Below the pieces are notes generated by a model that was given only the letters and a program-made list of their open reading frames with translations, did no database searches and was not told the DNA's origin. From Phoronis australis (lineage: Eukaryota > Animalia > Phoronida), in the NCBI GenBank assembly GCA_002633005.1, contig NMRA01000136.1, positions 542,967 to 606,966 of the forward strand: a stretch of DNA of 64,000 nt. The letters run 5' to 3'. Position numbers and translations under genes: made by a program. Positions 13,234-28,400 of the stretch are shown here, piece by piece. Within the stretch, counting starts at the first letter, position 1. Each line of letters starts with the position of its first letter.

Positions 13234-16150
13234 CGTGATTTTATAGCTTTCTAGCTAAGTAGACAGACTTGTTGATAAGGTCCTATATATATGTGATTTT
13301 AAAACTGAGGAAAGCGTATCCTCGGTGAACAACTGCAATGCCTTCTCTGCAAATTTGTTGAAACCGAATTCGTTTTCAGCGATATTTGGTAGTTTTCCAC
13401 ACCTCCTGTTTGCCAAATTTAAATAGACAGAAGACCGACCTACTATAACTATATACAGATGTTCAGATTTTTGTCAACGCGGATCAGAGGATCAAATATT
13501 GTATGCCACTATTATTATAAAAACATTACTTGACGCTGTTTCATGAATGTTATTTATGCTTGAATACTTTTCAAAAATGAGCCACAAATTTACCGTTGTT
13601 GCGAAAAGGTAGTTTTTAATCCACCCAAGTTGTTGTTCTGCGGATGTTTGTCACATTTATACAGTAATGTAAACATGTACACAATGCAGCACATTAACTC
13701 TTTTAGCGATATCTGACCTTACAAGCGCAACCTAACGACACAACGAACATTTTCACTTGCCGTCTGGATAAACTGAACGCAAGCTCAGCCAATGCGTATA
13801 TGCTCAAGTTTAGGTATGGCCAACCCCAATAAATTGTGAAGCTTTCTTGAGTGACTGATTGGTCAACAGAAATAGAATCCTCTCACGCTATGGTATATCA
13901 TGAGACAGATTTTATGTGACCAAAAAGTCTAATTCGATTTTAGCCAACTAATATAGCGAAGCTTTTCTGGGAATTTGGTCACATCAACGAGCAAAACCAC
14001 GAGCTCATTGGTCACATGTATGATAGAATGTTTAGCTGCCTTCTCAAAACCTATGTCGCGGACGACAAGCGAGGATTGTCGACTCATTAGTCAAGATATA
14101 TGCTAACTAGAACCAGGAAGACATTCTGCCTGCTAAGACTCATGCCGTGAAGCTTTTAAGTCATTCAGTGCTCAATTTCTTTTAGGAACGCGCACCTAAC
14201 AAACGTGAATACCGTCTTATAATTAAACAAAAAAATGTTTTCAAGCCTTCGATTTGAATTTTTTTCGTTATCTGATTTCTCCTCCTTTCACCAGGAACAG
14301 GTTCCAGATCACACGATATACAAGTGAGCGACATAAATATATAATTACGGCCAATACAGGGGATAGCTATGAGCTGAGTTGTGTGCCTGAAGTGAAACAT
14401 TGCTCAGATGAGCTGACAGTAATCATGCCAAAGTGTGAAAATACGACAATCGAATAAACTAGCTGCTAGCTCAGTTGGCGTGAACTGTCACCACAGCTGT
14501 GTTTCACTTTGCGTAGATATAGTCCAGCCTTTCAGGGGGATCATTCACAGTTGGTATCACAACGGGGAACAACGCGATTTTGAATAAGACAATCAGCAGG
14601 TAGCCCTTTTAATCCTGCAGGGAAAGACGACACACACACCTCGTGTGTAGTTTTGTCGTGTTTACATCAACTTATTACACTCAACACAAAGTGCACCAAT
14701 GGGGTTTGGATTTATCGATTATTGACGTATACGTCCCACAAGAACACAAGGTAATCGCAATCCATTTAGGTTGGTGTCATACAAAATAGAATACAATTGT
14801 TGCAGACATGTATCACATCGTAGTTAATTCCAGTCCCTGGTACAAATTGTGTTGAAACGACATTGTGAGGACTAGTGAAAGCCCGTTTTGTTCTTAAACG
14901 TAAAGCGTTAGAAGAAGCTCCCGTTTCCTGAACCACTGAACATTTAAATTCAAACTTTAAGAAATCACGGGGTATAGGAACACAAGTGTTGATTATTTAG
15001 ATTTGCATATGTAGTGCATCCATTTTACGCCTTCTTTCATATCTCAACTTTATAATAGACGTAGTGGATATTGTTGCTCACGTCTCAATGACGTACAGTG
15101 GAAGTCAATATAAATGTTGCAATGGGAAATAGTGTCAGAGGCTGTGACAGGGATGTATTGTCGCGAGAGGACAGTTTCATCGAGAAGAAACAACAAACAG
15201 GACTACGTGTTTGGCATTTCGTTTTTGGACCAATCATGGAAATCTAATGCTCTGAAAAAAACAAAACATCTAAGAAGGAATGAACTGTACCCGCAGTTTG
15301 CTTGCTTGCTGACTGTCTTTGATTTGACCAAGCTACTTCAGTGGTTTTGGATTTAGTGATTTCTTTGGAAAATCTGGCGTAAGCCAAAATGAAACAGCAA
15401 GCAAAAGCCTTGCGGAATGTCGAAGTTTAAAGTGTAATAGAACCCGAGCTTGCTAGGCAATGAATATATACACATCTACAAAACGAATTGTCGCGTTATT
15501 AAATCCATGAAGATTGATATACAAACGAGTTACCCGTATAGATGCGGAAAATTAGATGTATAGGCCCTGTAACAGATTTCCCGACGTTGCGAGTTACCCG
15601 GATGTCTTTTTAACAACGGAACTAGCAGGCTAAGAATAAGCAGGTGTGTTGAACGTACAACGTTGGATTGCCTTGTTTGACGCAACGATTGTTTAATTAG
15701 TAGCAAACTCTTTATTGCAACGCCTATGATTACTAACGCTCACCGAATTTAACATGAAAACGCTATTTTATCTGCGCACAATAATTAAACGATGCAAAAA
15801 TAATGTGAACAATATAAGAACTCAAGTCAGAATAAAGGATTCCCGTCAAACGTCAATTGTACTTCATCTTGTCCTATAATAGTATAATGGTGTGAAGTTG
15901 ACATAATATCTGCGCGAGTATTAGGTCAATGTTATGACACTGAATAGGACTGAATTGCTCGAATGCAAGGGTATGCTAATATAAACACTCACAAACTTAA
16001 ATACCATGAAAATATAAACAACAAGGGGGTCTTACCGCCTATATAGCTTACGAGACGCCACTTTTCAGACTTGTGACATGATGTAAGTAGAAGACTGTAT
16101 TATGGCCGAACGTTCAGATATGGATTCTTTGATCAACTTTTGAGTTTTAG

Positions 16151-16189
16151 GGCGAGCTCGAAAGATAGGAAATGTGTACAAACTTTGAG
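16151..16189 (+). other. Candidate non-coding 5' exon end for DUOX
   Basis: Strong donor GAG|GTAAGT at 16189/16190 and a TATA-like tatata at ~16040. The first coding exon has an upstream acceptor at 19324, which implies some earlier exon. Assignment is speculative. Confidence 0.25.
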
Positions 16190-16989
16190 GTAAGTAGTTA
16201 CGGGTTTTGCGGTTGTTGTTTTTCATCACAAAAGGGGTCACCGCGAGGGACCGCCTGAGGTCTAAGTTTGCATCCAGTGAGTTGTATTTAGTGAAGCTCT
16301 TGACCCAGTAGTTCCTCTTGATCTAACATGTGCATAGATTTTAAACGCGTATCGTCATTTATTTTTTATTTATTTTTGGTCTCCCATCTTTAATGTTTCA
16401 GAAAATAATTAAATAAATAAGTAAAATATGATGAATATCACTAAAACTGTTCAGTAAATAATCAGTGAATCAGCTAACCAACTAACCAAGGTGTCACTCA
16501 TCATTCTATCCGTGTTTATGTGCATCTTGTACACAAATAAATAGAAGTGATAAGCAATTTTTTCAAAAATGAAATGCCATCGTGCCGCAATAAAATACAT
16601 AATGACAATTGCATTTGTTGAATGATACCAAAAGGTGTATCATGAAGAGGTGAGTGAAATGGGGATTGGTTTTTCCAGTTGAAGTAATCATTCTTGATTT
16701 ATTAGGACTGATGCGGTTTTGGAATACTGTCGGCCTTGTTTGCAAGAACAATAGAATTTATCTTTCGATGTTGGCGCCTACAAAAAACATAGTCGATGGT
16801 TTGTTATGAACATTTTCCTGTGACGAACTCTTTGCTTTTATTCCTTATCATTCAGGAGGTGTTCAAAGTATTGAATGAATGGAGAATCCTCAGTAAACAA
16901 ATGCTTTTGGTCTAAAACTGGCTGTGGTAAACATTAAGTCAATGTCTTTTCAAAGAAATCCACGTTGAGTGTCCTGCGAGTTGAGTAAA

Positions 16990-18625
16990 GGCTGTAGGTC
17001 TGAGAAAAGCATTCCATGTTTAATCGCAAAATTTTGTCGAGATTGGAACTTACAAGTTAATTTGGAGAAAACGAATGATGTGGTATTTAATCGAGGTTCC
17101 TACTTTCAAATACTGAAAGGTGATTTTTGGCGACAAGAAAGTAGATACCAAATCGCACTACAAGTACCTAGGAGTCACATTCTCCTGCAGACTTAAATGG
17201 ACGGAGTGTTGTACAGTACTTGCAAGAAAAGCTCGAAAAGCAATGAGCATTATTAAAGCCACTCTGTCAAAATTTAACTGTATTTCCCAAGGAGTGCATT
17301 TTAAACTCTTTGACTCTATGATGATGCCCATATTAACATTTGGTGCAGAAATATGGGGAACATCAATGAGTGAATCTATTGAAAAAGTTCATAATGATTC
17401 CTGTAAATATGTTCTGAGATTGAGTATTAAAACGCCAAATGCTATGGCCGTGAATGTGGGAGACACTTGTTAATTAGAAAATATATGTGTAACTCAATGA
17501 TGTATTGAACAAAATTACTTGATATGGAAGAACATAGGTACCCACTGAGGTGTTATAGTATGCTTAGGAAACAAGGTGGAAACGTAATTGTAACTGGGCA
17601 CACCGTGTCAAAGAAATTTTGTATAGGTAAGATTATGGAGAAGTGTGGTTATTTGGCCCAGGCAACAGTGCTGAATTTATTATGGTATTCAAGCAGAGAT
17701 TACTGGATTGTAGCGTACAGGAATGGCAACAGGAAATAGGTAGCTCAAATAAATATGAATTTTATAGTCTTATTAAACATGATCTTGTTAGCGAGCAATA
17801 CGTGAATTGTTTGAACGCTTATTCAAGAAGGATATTTGCGCAATTTCGAAGTTCAGGGCCCGGTCTCTAATCTTTGTACTCGAAACGAACTCGAAACTAT
17901 TTTTGGCAATTTCTCTGCTCCTTTTGTGCGAACTTAAGATAATTGGTTATCAGACTGTGTTCGAATACATTATAGTTTATGCATAGGAATTTCTAGTTCA
18001 AGTTTGCCCTTGAAGACCCTTATATTCGTGCTACAAACTCGAGTAAAAACTCGAAATTTCGAGTTCAAACTCGAACGTATTGCTTTAATATTGGGTTTAC
18101 AAACTTTGAACTAAGGACAATAAATTATCTACGTAAGTTATTGTGTACTCGAGCATAGAATAATAGACACTTATCTTGATTTCGCCCAAAAGTAGAGTAG
18201 AAAATGCCAAACCTAATTTCGAGTTCCATTTCGAGTAAAAAGATTGGAGACCGGGCCCAGGTCAGTCACTTAATATAGAGAAAAGGGAGACAGATGAGTA
18301 TTCCTAAAAGTGAGAGAATATGCGGCATATGCTGTCTGAGTGAAATTGAAGATGAGCCTCATTTCATGTGTCGATGCCCTGTTCTTGGAGACCTTAGAAG
18401 AAATCTTCTACCAGAGATTGTGAATGTTAACTATTCTCTTGCTAGGTTATTCCAACAGGAAAATCATGACAGTATCCAGGGCCTTTTAGTGTATGTACAG
18501 AAGGCTATGGCTTTAGAAAAGAACTGCTCTGAGTGTAAATACTCTGAATATACATTTGAATTTATGTATTTATGTATTTATGTATGAGTAGACAAAGCCT
18601 ACGATGTACAATAAATGATATTATT
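16990..18625 (+). mobile_element. Second RTE-X-like LINE 3' fragment, interrupted by a MITE
   Basis: NLEKT, YKYLGVTF, LFDSMMMPILTFGAEIWG, ERICGICC..IEDEPHFMCRC; AATAAA near 18610. Confidence 0.85.
17857..18257. mobile_element. PIF/Harbinger-like MITE (401 bp) with CAG TSD
   Basis: ~40-bp TIRs beginning GGCCCGGTCTC(T/C)AATCTTT; CAG at 17854-17856 and 18258-18260. Removing it restores the LINE frame RSSGQSLNIEKGRQM. Confidence 0.88.
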
Positions 18626-19353
18626 TAATCGAATCACATTTTCACTGTTCTAACGTTTAGCTTCTAACTAAAATGTCTCTTAACAGTGTTCGAGACACGC
18701 TCATTCGGCCCAATATTCGCCATTTTTCGTATGACAATATAATATGCAACAGTTACTGTTATGAGGTCACGTACACAGTCACACGGAAAGGGAAACAATA
18801 TATATCGAACGAGCTTGACTCCAGGTGTGTTTATTTAAACAATAGAGCTGACTTGTTAACGAAAAAGTTGTAATGTATGCGATGAATGACATACTTCGTT
18901 TCATGGAAAGAGTCCTTTACATTTGTGAAGCTGCGCGTTGTTGCGAAAAAAAGCAGTATTCAGCCTAATCATTCACCCAAACGCTGTCAACGGGGTACCA
19001 ATCATTTTTAACCGACATACAATGCCTGGATCGCTTCAGCTGGCAAGAACAAATATCTCCACCTCGTCTGTGTTTACCTGATGAACACGATCCAACACCA
19101 GATGTTCAATGGCTTTACCGAATCGTGTTCATTTATAGAATTAACTTTAATGGCATTTTGTAATCTGACCGATATAAAAAAAAACATTTAATGCTTAAGG
19201 CGTCACAAGGAAAGAGTCATTACAAGGAAAAAGTCATGTCAAAACAACTCAAAAGACTCTGCGGGTGACGGAAACTAAGACGGCGACAAAAAATACACGC
19301 AAAATATTTATTTTCTCTTCAAAGGTGGAGTACCGACCAGCGTGAGGAGGGCG

Positions 19354-19408
19354 ATGGAACTAAGGCTCTTGGTATCATCTATCGTCCTAAGATTAGCTGT
19401 GATTACAG
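19354..19408 (+). CDS. DUOX: DUOX coding exon 1 (signal peptide)
   Basis: MELRLLVSSIVLRLAVIT; phase-1 donor G|GTGCGT matches exon 2. No homology anchor, so less certain. Confidence 0.65.
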
Positions 19409-22400
19409 GTGCGTCACTTTATACTAACTTTGGATTATTTAGTATTTCTGAAGCGAAGATTTTTTGTGAATTGTGTTTACAGTGTCTCTTACTAAAATCA
19501 CGTTATTGTCCCTACAAAATAACGACAGCTTTTGATTGGAAATATATTTTCTACTTCTAATATGGAAGCGGCTTTCTAAACTTTTGTTTTTTCGTACGGA
19601 AGTTTTTGAACTCTTGAAATGAGTCTTCAGTTTCCCAAATGCACACGAACGTACTCACGATTAGGAGCGTATTAAGATCCATTTCACGAGAAGATCAAAA
19701 GAAATAAAAAAATCACTCTAGGGGTTATCTTCCAGATTCAGATTAAATTTTGTGTATCTGATCATGGTGTGGCTCTGATACAAAACCCACCAATTTTGCA
19801 CTTATTGACACTTAGGCTAGTTTTTACCTATAGGCCTTCAAAAGTTTACCAAGAAAAAGACACGTTTTTGCACACCGAAAACACCAATTTTCAAACAGTT
19901 AGATTGCATGCAACGAGTCAAAACACACAACGGGAGTAGGAAATGGGACATTAGGACTACCAAAAAAATCGACGTTAATGATTTTGCTGCATTCATCACG
20001 TGACAGGATAGGTAAATCCGTAAGCACTTTTTGTAGTTTTGAAAGTGGGTGTCACTCAAATGCTTCTACAAGTCAGTTTGCGGGACTGTGGACATTAGAA
20101 ATTTATGTTTTTGGATAGATCTTGGATTTGTGAACAAATTTAAAAAGTCTCTTGAGTGGGCTTTTTTAATTTTTTGTTCCAAAAATGGCCCAATGTTGCG
20201 TATTCTACATTTTAAATGAATATTTTTGTAACTTTGTTACAATTAAAATGGTTTAAAGAAAGATAATTTATGGGAATCTACATTTTAGGGACCATAATGC
20301 TGTCTGACATATCCATGTTACCATTTCACCCAATCAGCGTTGATAACTGACCGTCGGTCAGAGATAACACAGTGATTACATAATTGCCTGGTGCCAATAC
20401 CAAAAACGGTTGTGACCATAGAGATGATTTTCAGACTGACATGAATAATTCATGTGGTTTTTAATGAAGAATTTAGATTTGTGCAATATTTCAAGCCAAT
20501 TTAACTTTTATTTACAAAAAAAATCTTGAATTAAGGGTTTAAGACTGTATGAGGCTGTCGACCCGAAAATTATTTTTTCACTTGTGAAGACAAAAGCCGA
20601 CATCACAGGAGAGGCATCAATGTCTGAAATACAAAATTGCAAGGTGCATTCAAAAGTTATCGCTAGTTATGTGTCAAATTTTACTTTATTTCGGCCGGGT
20701 CGGCCATCTTGCGATGTCAACAGCATAGGTCACGGATTTAAAATGCTTAAACATTATTTCCACAAATATTCCAGCCGTAAAATTTAGTAACACATATCTT
20801 TGCCTACCATTGTGTACAATTCGAGAGCTTTCACCAGAATTTAATCACGCAGGTGTAACTTATTGAGTTGAGTGGTTCAAGTGCACGCTGGACAACATGG
20901 GACTTTTCTGAACTGAAAGGCATGTTCAACCGGCTACACTGTCATCATTGGAGATTTAACCATAACAAATTTGCAGACACACTGCTACAAAAAGCAGTTT
21001 TGACTTGTACAGTTTTGCGGTGCTTGTGCCATAATTATTGTAAATCTTCTATTTATTTCACAATATGAAGTGCCCATTCAATTGACCTTATATTCTGCTA
21101 AATTCCGTTGAAATTGTTCTGAAATCGGTTTTTTTGTTTGAAAGTTAAATTCTGTTCAAGGTATGATTATATGCGTAAAATGCCCTTTTGATTCATGTTT
21201 TGTTACTAGTTTATTTCTATTATCAAGATATATCATAGCAAAACAATGTGTAAAATCTTACTTGATTTACGGAAACCGATTACATTTGGACTGTGAAGTG
21301 TGAAGCTTACTCAAATCCTTCTGCGTCTTAGCTTCATATTATTTGTTATCATGCTAGTCAATTTCTAGTTTAAGTACGAAAACTTTTAAGGTACCCAGTC
21401 GCCATGGTAACAATTATGCATGTCTACTTTCTTATTTGGTTCACCCTGCATTGATGAAAATTTCCAAACTACATTCTAAGTTACTTGCTGTGGCAAAAGG
21501 CTGCTAGGATCATTTTAGTTTGCTTATTAATTTTTACTGAGACCACTTTGCTAGGTGTACCCTTTAGCTACAATAAAAATTTTGAAACCATTCGTCCAAT
21601 ATTTCTAAAAGATGTCATTTTTTCTCTCATGTGACAACAAATGACAAAATCAGGTTTGGGTGAAATCGGTTAAACGATTAACATATTGTAAAAATGACAA
21701 AACTAATATTACATTGACTTTATACATCTTACGATAAAGTGGACGTTACCAGGGCACCAGTTAACACTCCCGGGGGGATGGAGGGGGGGGGGGCGTATGA
21801 CGTTTCCAAAGTGCTAAGCTGTCACTGTGTGGCAGCACAGGTTAGACTCATTTGAAAACATGCACGTAAATGATATTAGTTTTTGGCTAAATTAGAAGTA
21901 AGACGTGGGAAACAAAAATGACGACAGAGTGTAAACGACGTTTCGATATTAATCAAAAGCCATCCACAGGTACAATAGTAGATAGAAAACAATATATCTT
22001 AAGAGAATTAAATTAATAATGAAACGGTGTTCTCAAACATGCCTGTGCCATCGTTTCCTCGTTGGAAATATTTTGGCCAAATTTCATGAAATTTCACCAA
22101 ATAAATCTAGTAATAGAAACTGCCACCAGGGGGCAACCACTAGTCAAAGTATCTAAAATTTGACGTCCACTGATTTGATCACCATAGAAACATATTTGCA
22201 AAAATTAATGAAGCTCCTTTATGAGGTTTATGAGATACATCTACATACTGCCCCTAGACAGGCACCATAAAATACACTATGGTACGTCTTTTCTATCGAC
22301 TGATGCTTGAAAACAAACAAAAAGCCCATATTTTTATTATTTTATTCATTTATTGTCTTAGTCAGACAGTAAGCTGATGAAAAATATCATTGAAAATCAC

Positions 22401-25400
22401 CAGCACCCCGCAACCTGGCTCCCGAAGCACCTCAAAAATGGTTAACAATCAAAGGCACAAAATTGGGCAAAATTCATCGAATTTTGACACTCCTTGGAAG
22501 ATTAACGGAAACCCTTTTGAAAAGTCAAGGACGGTCTTCTGATAGAGAGGTTCAATTTCTACATAAACATTATAAACATCTTTTCTTTCCCGTTTGTTTA
22601 AGCCGTTTTAAACAGCTTCACTAACTTAGGCTTTTTGAACCAAAATTTTCATGATGATCTAACTTAAGAAATAATGGCCCAAAAATTTCAAATTTTCATT
22701 TTGAACACATCCCAGCAGGATGTATGTACACTCAATTTTTCAAGATCTGAGTCAGTGACCCTAGAGTCAACCTTATGGTCTCTCGTGGAATGACAGTTCA
22801 GTACTGTTTCGACACATTTTGATTCTAGATGAGGTAAAAAAGCAGAGTTAGTTCTGACATGGGTTCTTTTCTAAAAAATCGAGTCGGAGGTGCAGTATTT
22901 TCTACTTGCTCACTTCTCCGAACTGTTCTGAAAAAATGTTACAGAAATCCACCTGAGACCAGCAAAATGATGCAGAATTTTTTCAACCGGTTTGCGGGTA
23001 AGGGAATGGCTTGCCGCAGTAGTTACAGTGCCTGAAAAATCCTCCATTGATACCCGTTGACAGCAGCGAATTTTGCCAAAGAAACATTCTGTTACCATCG
23101 TAGGATTTGCTCTTATGCCGCTGTCTCAGAGATGCCTACTAGAACGAACACAAGGCCAGAAACTAGTTTTCCAAAATTAAAACGCAAAGGGATTCTTGTT
23201 TGTGAATTTGTTGTGGCACAGAATGAAAGGCCATGACTAAACAAGGTCTTAGTACGCTTCGTTTCTAACAACGTGACTGGAGAAGCTGGATGTAGGTTAC
23301 GACCTGTCACAAGCTCGGACGCAACAGCAAGCACGACACATTTGAAACCAAGCCTTTACTGGTTTAAAAATAAACTGAGTACCAATACACGCCGTATAGA
23401 TGCAGTGGCGTATCTTGGAAGGCCTGTCCCGGGCGGCAGGGCGACAACGTTGCTGCACCGACGGTGGTAGGCTCGCAAAAGGAATAGGTCGGCGGGCGGT
23501 ACAGAGGAAAACAAGAATCTGAGCTAAGCAAAAAAGGTAACTAATCATACACAACAAACAGAAGCACAAATGCAGTCCGAAAGTCGTAAAAGTCGCGACA
23601 AATATTGTGTTCCCATGGTGGCATCGCCATTGTAGTGGCTAAATCGAGCGAGAACTGTGTACTTTTCGAGCACTGCTCAGTGCATCTTTTAAACAACTTC
23701 GCAAACCACCGCCTTTCAAGCCTTGCTTACCTTGGATAACGTGCCTTTGTGAAGCTCTTCAAATAAAAAGCGATACTTTGATCTGAGCGAGCGCTTTTTC
23801 TTTTTCTTTTAGGTCTCGAAAGGAGTCGGGGTCCGATTTAGAACCAGCTAAGCCTTTTTGGCTTTAGACATGTCAATCACATTATTGGAGGTGAAGTCAT
23901 CATTCCTGACTAAGGCTTATCTGTTACCTTGTATTGACTTTCAATTAATTCTTCTCGTATACGTTAATTACAGGTACTTCGAGTCTGGAAGTTCCTCGGT
24001 ACGATGGTTACTATAACAACGTCGCTAACCCAGCCTGGGGGACACCAGGTATGCCGAGCAACATGGTAGTCTTGAAAGGCTGCGAGACATATTGGCACAT
24101 TGATAACTGCTGTCTGAATACAGGCCCGATTTCTCAATACAATCAAACGTACCTGTACAAAAATTATTAACTCAATCCAGCGTTCTGACAGAGAAGCAGC
24201 GACGTTCAGAATCGCTAGAAACTCGCACGTGAAAGCTACATGTATTGAAATTACAATTTACAGCTCTCAAAGCACTCTTAAAGGAATGTTGTAGCTCAGC
24301 AATAGGAGATTTTCAATCGACTGGAAGCGACACCGTTGTCCACAACCACCACTACGTGCGTAATTATCTGTTTCCCCTACCCAGGTATCCAATCAATGCT
24401 ATTATAGTCATTACGTAAAATGGCCATGTTCACTGCACCATTGGGCTGACAAACAAGAAGATATACACCTGTTTGCAATACGTTTTTCATTTTCCATTTT
24501 TTTCAACGCTTCACATCCGGAGCAACCAGACACACCATCACACTTGCAAAGAAACGGTCTAATACACATGACCATATGACGTCAGTATGGTCACTGACGC
24601 GTTTGGGCGTTTGTTGACAACAACCCTATGTGCGATGGTTGAAGGAAAAATTGAAGGCATCTTTATCGTGATTATTTACAAACAAGAAAACCAAGCCCAA
24701 AATTGTGGTAGTACGCTCCTGTAAGTCTGGGAATTTGAGATCAGTTCAAACAGGAAAAAACTACTTTAGTTGGGAGAACCTAGAAGCTTCAAATCGTACA
24801 CAAATCTATTTTACCACTTACCAATCCTTCCAGGAACACATTTATACCGTAAAATTCCGGCAGCCTACTCAGATGGAACGCACGCTTATCCCGACGGACC
24901 GAACGAGCGTCTCATCAGCCAATACGCCATGAGTGGCCCTTCAGGGTTACCCTCTTACAAAAACAGAACTTCATTTTTGGCGTTGTTTGGTAAGTTATAG
25001 GAGAAGTCAATACGGTAAAATGAATTTGTTAGGTAACCGTAATCTTCAAACAATATTGTGAGAAACTTGTACTACAGATGTTTTGAAATGAGGACTTACA
25101 TATCATTTCGGATATTTACGCGACGAAAATGTTATTATCCACATCAACGGCAGTACGATTGTCCCTATCGTCATTACCAACATAGTTGACATTACCACTA
25201 CTACCGCTATTAACACTATGCTCCACCACCACCATCATCATTACCACCCTCATCACCATCACCCCCATCACCATCATCCTCATCACAACTATCAGCATAG
25301 TCATCACCACCACCACCGCCGCCATTATCAAAACCACTGATACCAGCATCATTATCATCAGCAACACCGTCATCTTCACCACCACCACAAAATCACTATT

Positions 25401-28400
25401 ACTACCACCGCAATCACCAACATACCACTGTCGCCACTATCATCACTACAGTTCATCATTACCTACACATTGTCGTCACCTCCATCACCTTCTTCTTGAT
25501 CACAGCAATCTTCGACATCACCACAACCATAATCTTCATCACCCTCAACACCAGTACCACCACCACATCCACCAAAACTACTGTCACCACTGTCGTCATC
25601 AACACCTTCACTACCTCTAGATGTCACTATAATGACTGACACAGTCGTGAGCCCCATCACTACCTGTACAGTTTTTCATTACCAGCACCATCGTCATCAC
25701 CACCGTCACCATAATCACCACCTTCTTACCACTACAATCACCGTCATACCCATTATCACCAAAGTCACAACCACCATAATCATCACCATCACCACCACTA
25801 ACGCAGCCATCACCACCGCAACTACCATCCCCATTATCCTCGCTGCAGCTAGAGCTCACTATCGTTTCAAGCAACATTGGAACCCTTACCACTAACAACA
25901 CTATTATCATTACTACAGCAACCCTCACCTTCAATATCCAGCACCATCTTCATATCAATCGATTTCTTTACTAATTTGCCATCGTTACTACTGTCACCAT
26001 TATCCACCATATGCACGATGTTGCCAGATGTGAGACTGGAAATTTACATGGTGCTGTTTCAGAACACAAAATGTGGAACAGGCATGCTGTCTTTCAGATT
26101 TTATCTTCTCCGGTATAGGGATCACTTAATGGTGATAAAGATATCCGAAAACGCTACTCCAGTGGCATTTTGCTCCAAGAAGCTTCTTAAGCTAATTATT
26201 GAACACCGTCGTTTCCAGAGTTCCATTAATGATAAAGGTACGTGTTTCTTGCTGTTGAATTTTAGGTCAGTTCGTTAGCCTGGAGAGTATAAAGGGTTCC
26301 AGCCCCGGCTGTCCGCGCGAGTTAACACCCACAGCCATTCCAAAGTGTGACGCAGATTATGACCCCAAATGTACTGGTAAGGCAAAGACGCCATTCCTCA
26401 GAGCCAAGTACGACACACGCACGGGACAGTCTCCTGGTAGCCCAAGAGAGCAGGTGAGATTTACATCAATGTTTCGAATAATGCTCATCAACGCGTTACC
26501 TTAAGTCACGGCGTGTTTGTAAATGGCGCCACAGTTTCAGTTATACAGGAAAATTACAGCATCGACTGCTAAGGAACTGTTTAGAAAATCCAGTATTTAG
26601 GAGTTTCGAGAGAAAAAGATGGAACATTCTTAAAAGTCTCCTATTTAACAAAAACACGTTATCCCTCTGCACAAGAAGAAAACACCTTTCACCAACCGTT
26701 ATTTCTTGGGGAAATGTGGTGTATTTGGGCTACATAAGTGGCCAACAGAGAGTGGTCACCATAAACAGCACCGATACGTGAATCCTATTGTCTTGTTTAC
26801 AGACAAACGGCGTTTCGTCATTCATCGACGGCAGCGTCGTCTACAGTAACAGCATGGTTCGTCTGTCACAGATGAGATCGTTCAAGAATGGAAAACTGCG
26901 AACTCTCAACGAAGAAGGACTGATGCCGCCGCTAAATGACAAGAACATGCCCGTGTTGAACCTACCGCCGTCACGTGATCACAAGCTTTACGCGCCGGAG
27001 AGACAATGGCGTAAGTTTCGAAAATTGACCATGAACATGCGACAATTGGCTATAGTCATTATTGAATTCAAAACTCGTTCCGCGCAAAATTGTTTCAAAT
27101 TTGAACTTGGCAAATCATTCATCCCATATCAACCATGTCCGCTGCATAGGTTTACATAAATTATAGTTATTACTTAGTAGCAGGCACGTAGTTGAAATAA
27201 AGTGAAAGGAAGGAAGAAGGGAGTGTTGAAAGGAAGACGGGAAAGAGGTGCGGAGGAGCTAAGGAGAGGGAGGGAGGGAGGTCGCAAGAGGGATATTCCA
27301 AATGGATTAAAGAATAAGTTCAGTGCGTAACAATGCTGTTAATAACCAGGGCATTTGTTTCTATAGTGACAGGAGATGGGAGACTATTTCAACACCCCGC
27401 AATGCTGGCGTTCTATGTTATATTCATGCGATATCACAACCTCATGGCTACGCGCTACAAAACGGCTAACCCGGATTGGGATGATGAAACTATATTTCAG
27501 GCCGCCAGGAGGCGCGTCATTGCTGTGCAACAGGTAACACGCAACATGTAAAATGTTCTCTAGTGCGCATCTGTATACAAAATTAAATCAATATCTCACA
27601 TTCAGCCATTCAGCTCTTCATTCCATATACTAAACCCTGTTTTGGTGATTTCAATCAATCCTCGTTCTGTAACCTGCTAATACATCATTGGTGTCAATCT
27701 TCCAAGTTAAAAGCAGGAATCAACTAAAAACTCCCTATCCCACAGATTGGACATTATGGTCTTTGGTGGGTGGTCTTTTCCCGCAGTTGCCGTGTAATTC
27801 GCTAAAAGCGTTGGTCACGCTTGCCCGTTTAGAGTGTCATCCAACTAGAGCTTTTGAGGGTTGCCAAGGGTAACAGATCGAGTGATTACTTTGTTTCATA
27901 GAACTAGGTGAGAAGGTCGTTTGTATTCTGTAAATAGACGTAAACCGTTTTGGTATCCTTTTAAATAAGTCACACCACTGATTCATTTCCGCCATCTTGA
28001 GAGTAATAGCATCTATTCTATTCTAATTAAGCACATATAACAACGTACAGTCGGCAAAGAAGATAAATATTTTTATAAATGGCTATCGAGAGACTTTGTT
28101 ACGATTTCTTTCAGAAAATATACGCCTACGACTTTTATCCAGCTTTCAACAACGACGCTTTGGACCCATATACAGGCAAGTCTTACTAACATAGTGCATC
28201 ATACCTCTCCAGCAACCGTACACGGCAAACTTGCTTGCCCTAGCTGAGAATGTACTTTGTGTTTGACATATATCTCATACTGAACATAGACCGTGCGTCA
28301 GCGAAGTTCCGTGGCCGCCTATTGGTTGGGCCACCACTAGGAATTAAAATTGGTTTGAAAATGCCATACATTTTATGGAGTTTTTAACTGAAAAAAGACA

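Noticed and set aside
4560-19300. Head-to-head DUOXA maturation factor gene, as in vertebrates
   Set aside because: No recognisable DUOXA exons on the minus strand by eye; small exons could be missed, and tBLASTn would settle it.
21771-21793. G-rich tract as a functional G-quadruplex
   Set aside because: A simple poly-G run inside a probable repeat element; nothing else supports a function.
23813-23890. Strong polypyrimidine/AG acceptor before exon 2
   Set aside because: All three frames hit stops within ~55 nt, and exon 1 joins exon 2 in phase without it.
25116-25934. His/Thr/Ile/Val-rich ORFs on both strands
   Set aside because: Products of a (CAC/CAT)n low-complexity tract inside DUOX intron 3; no splice or domain support.
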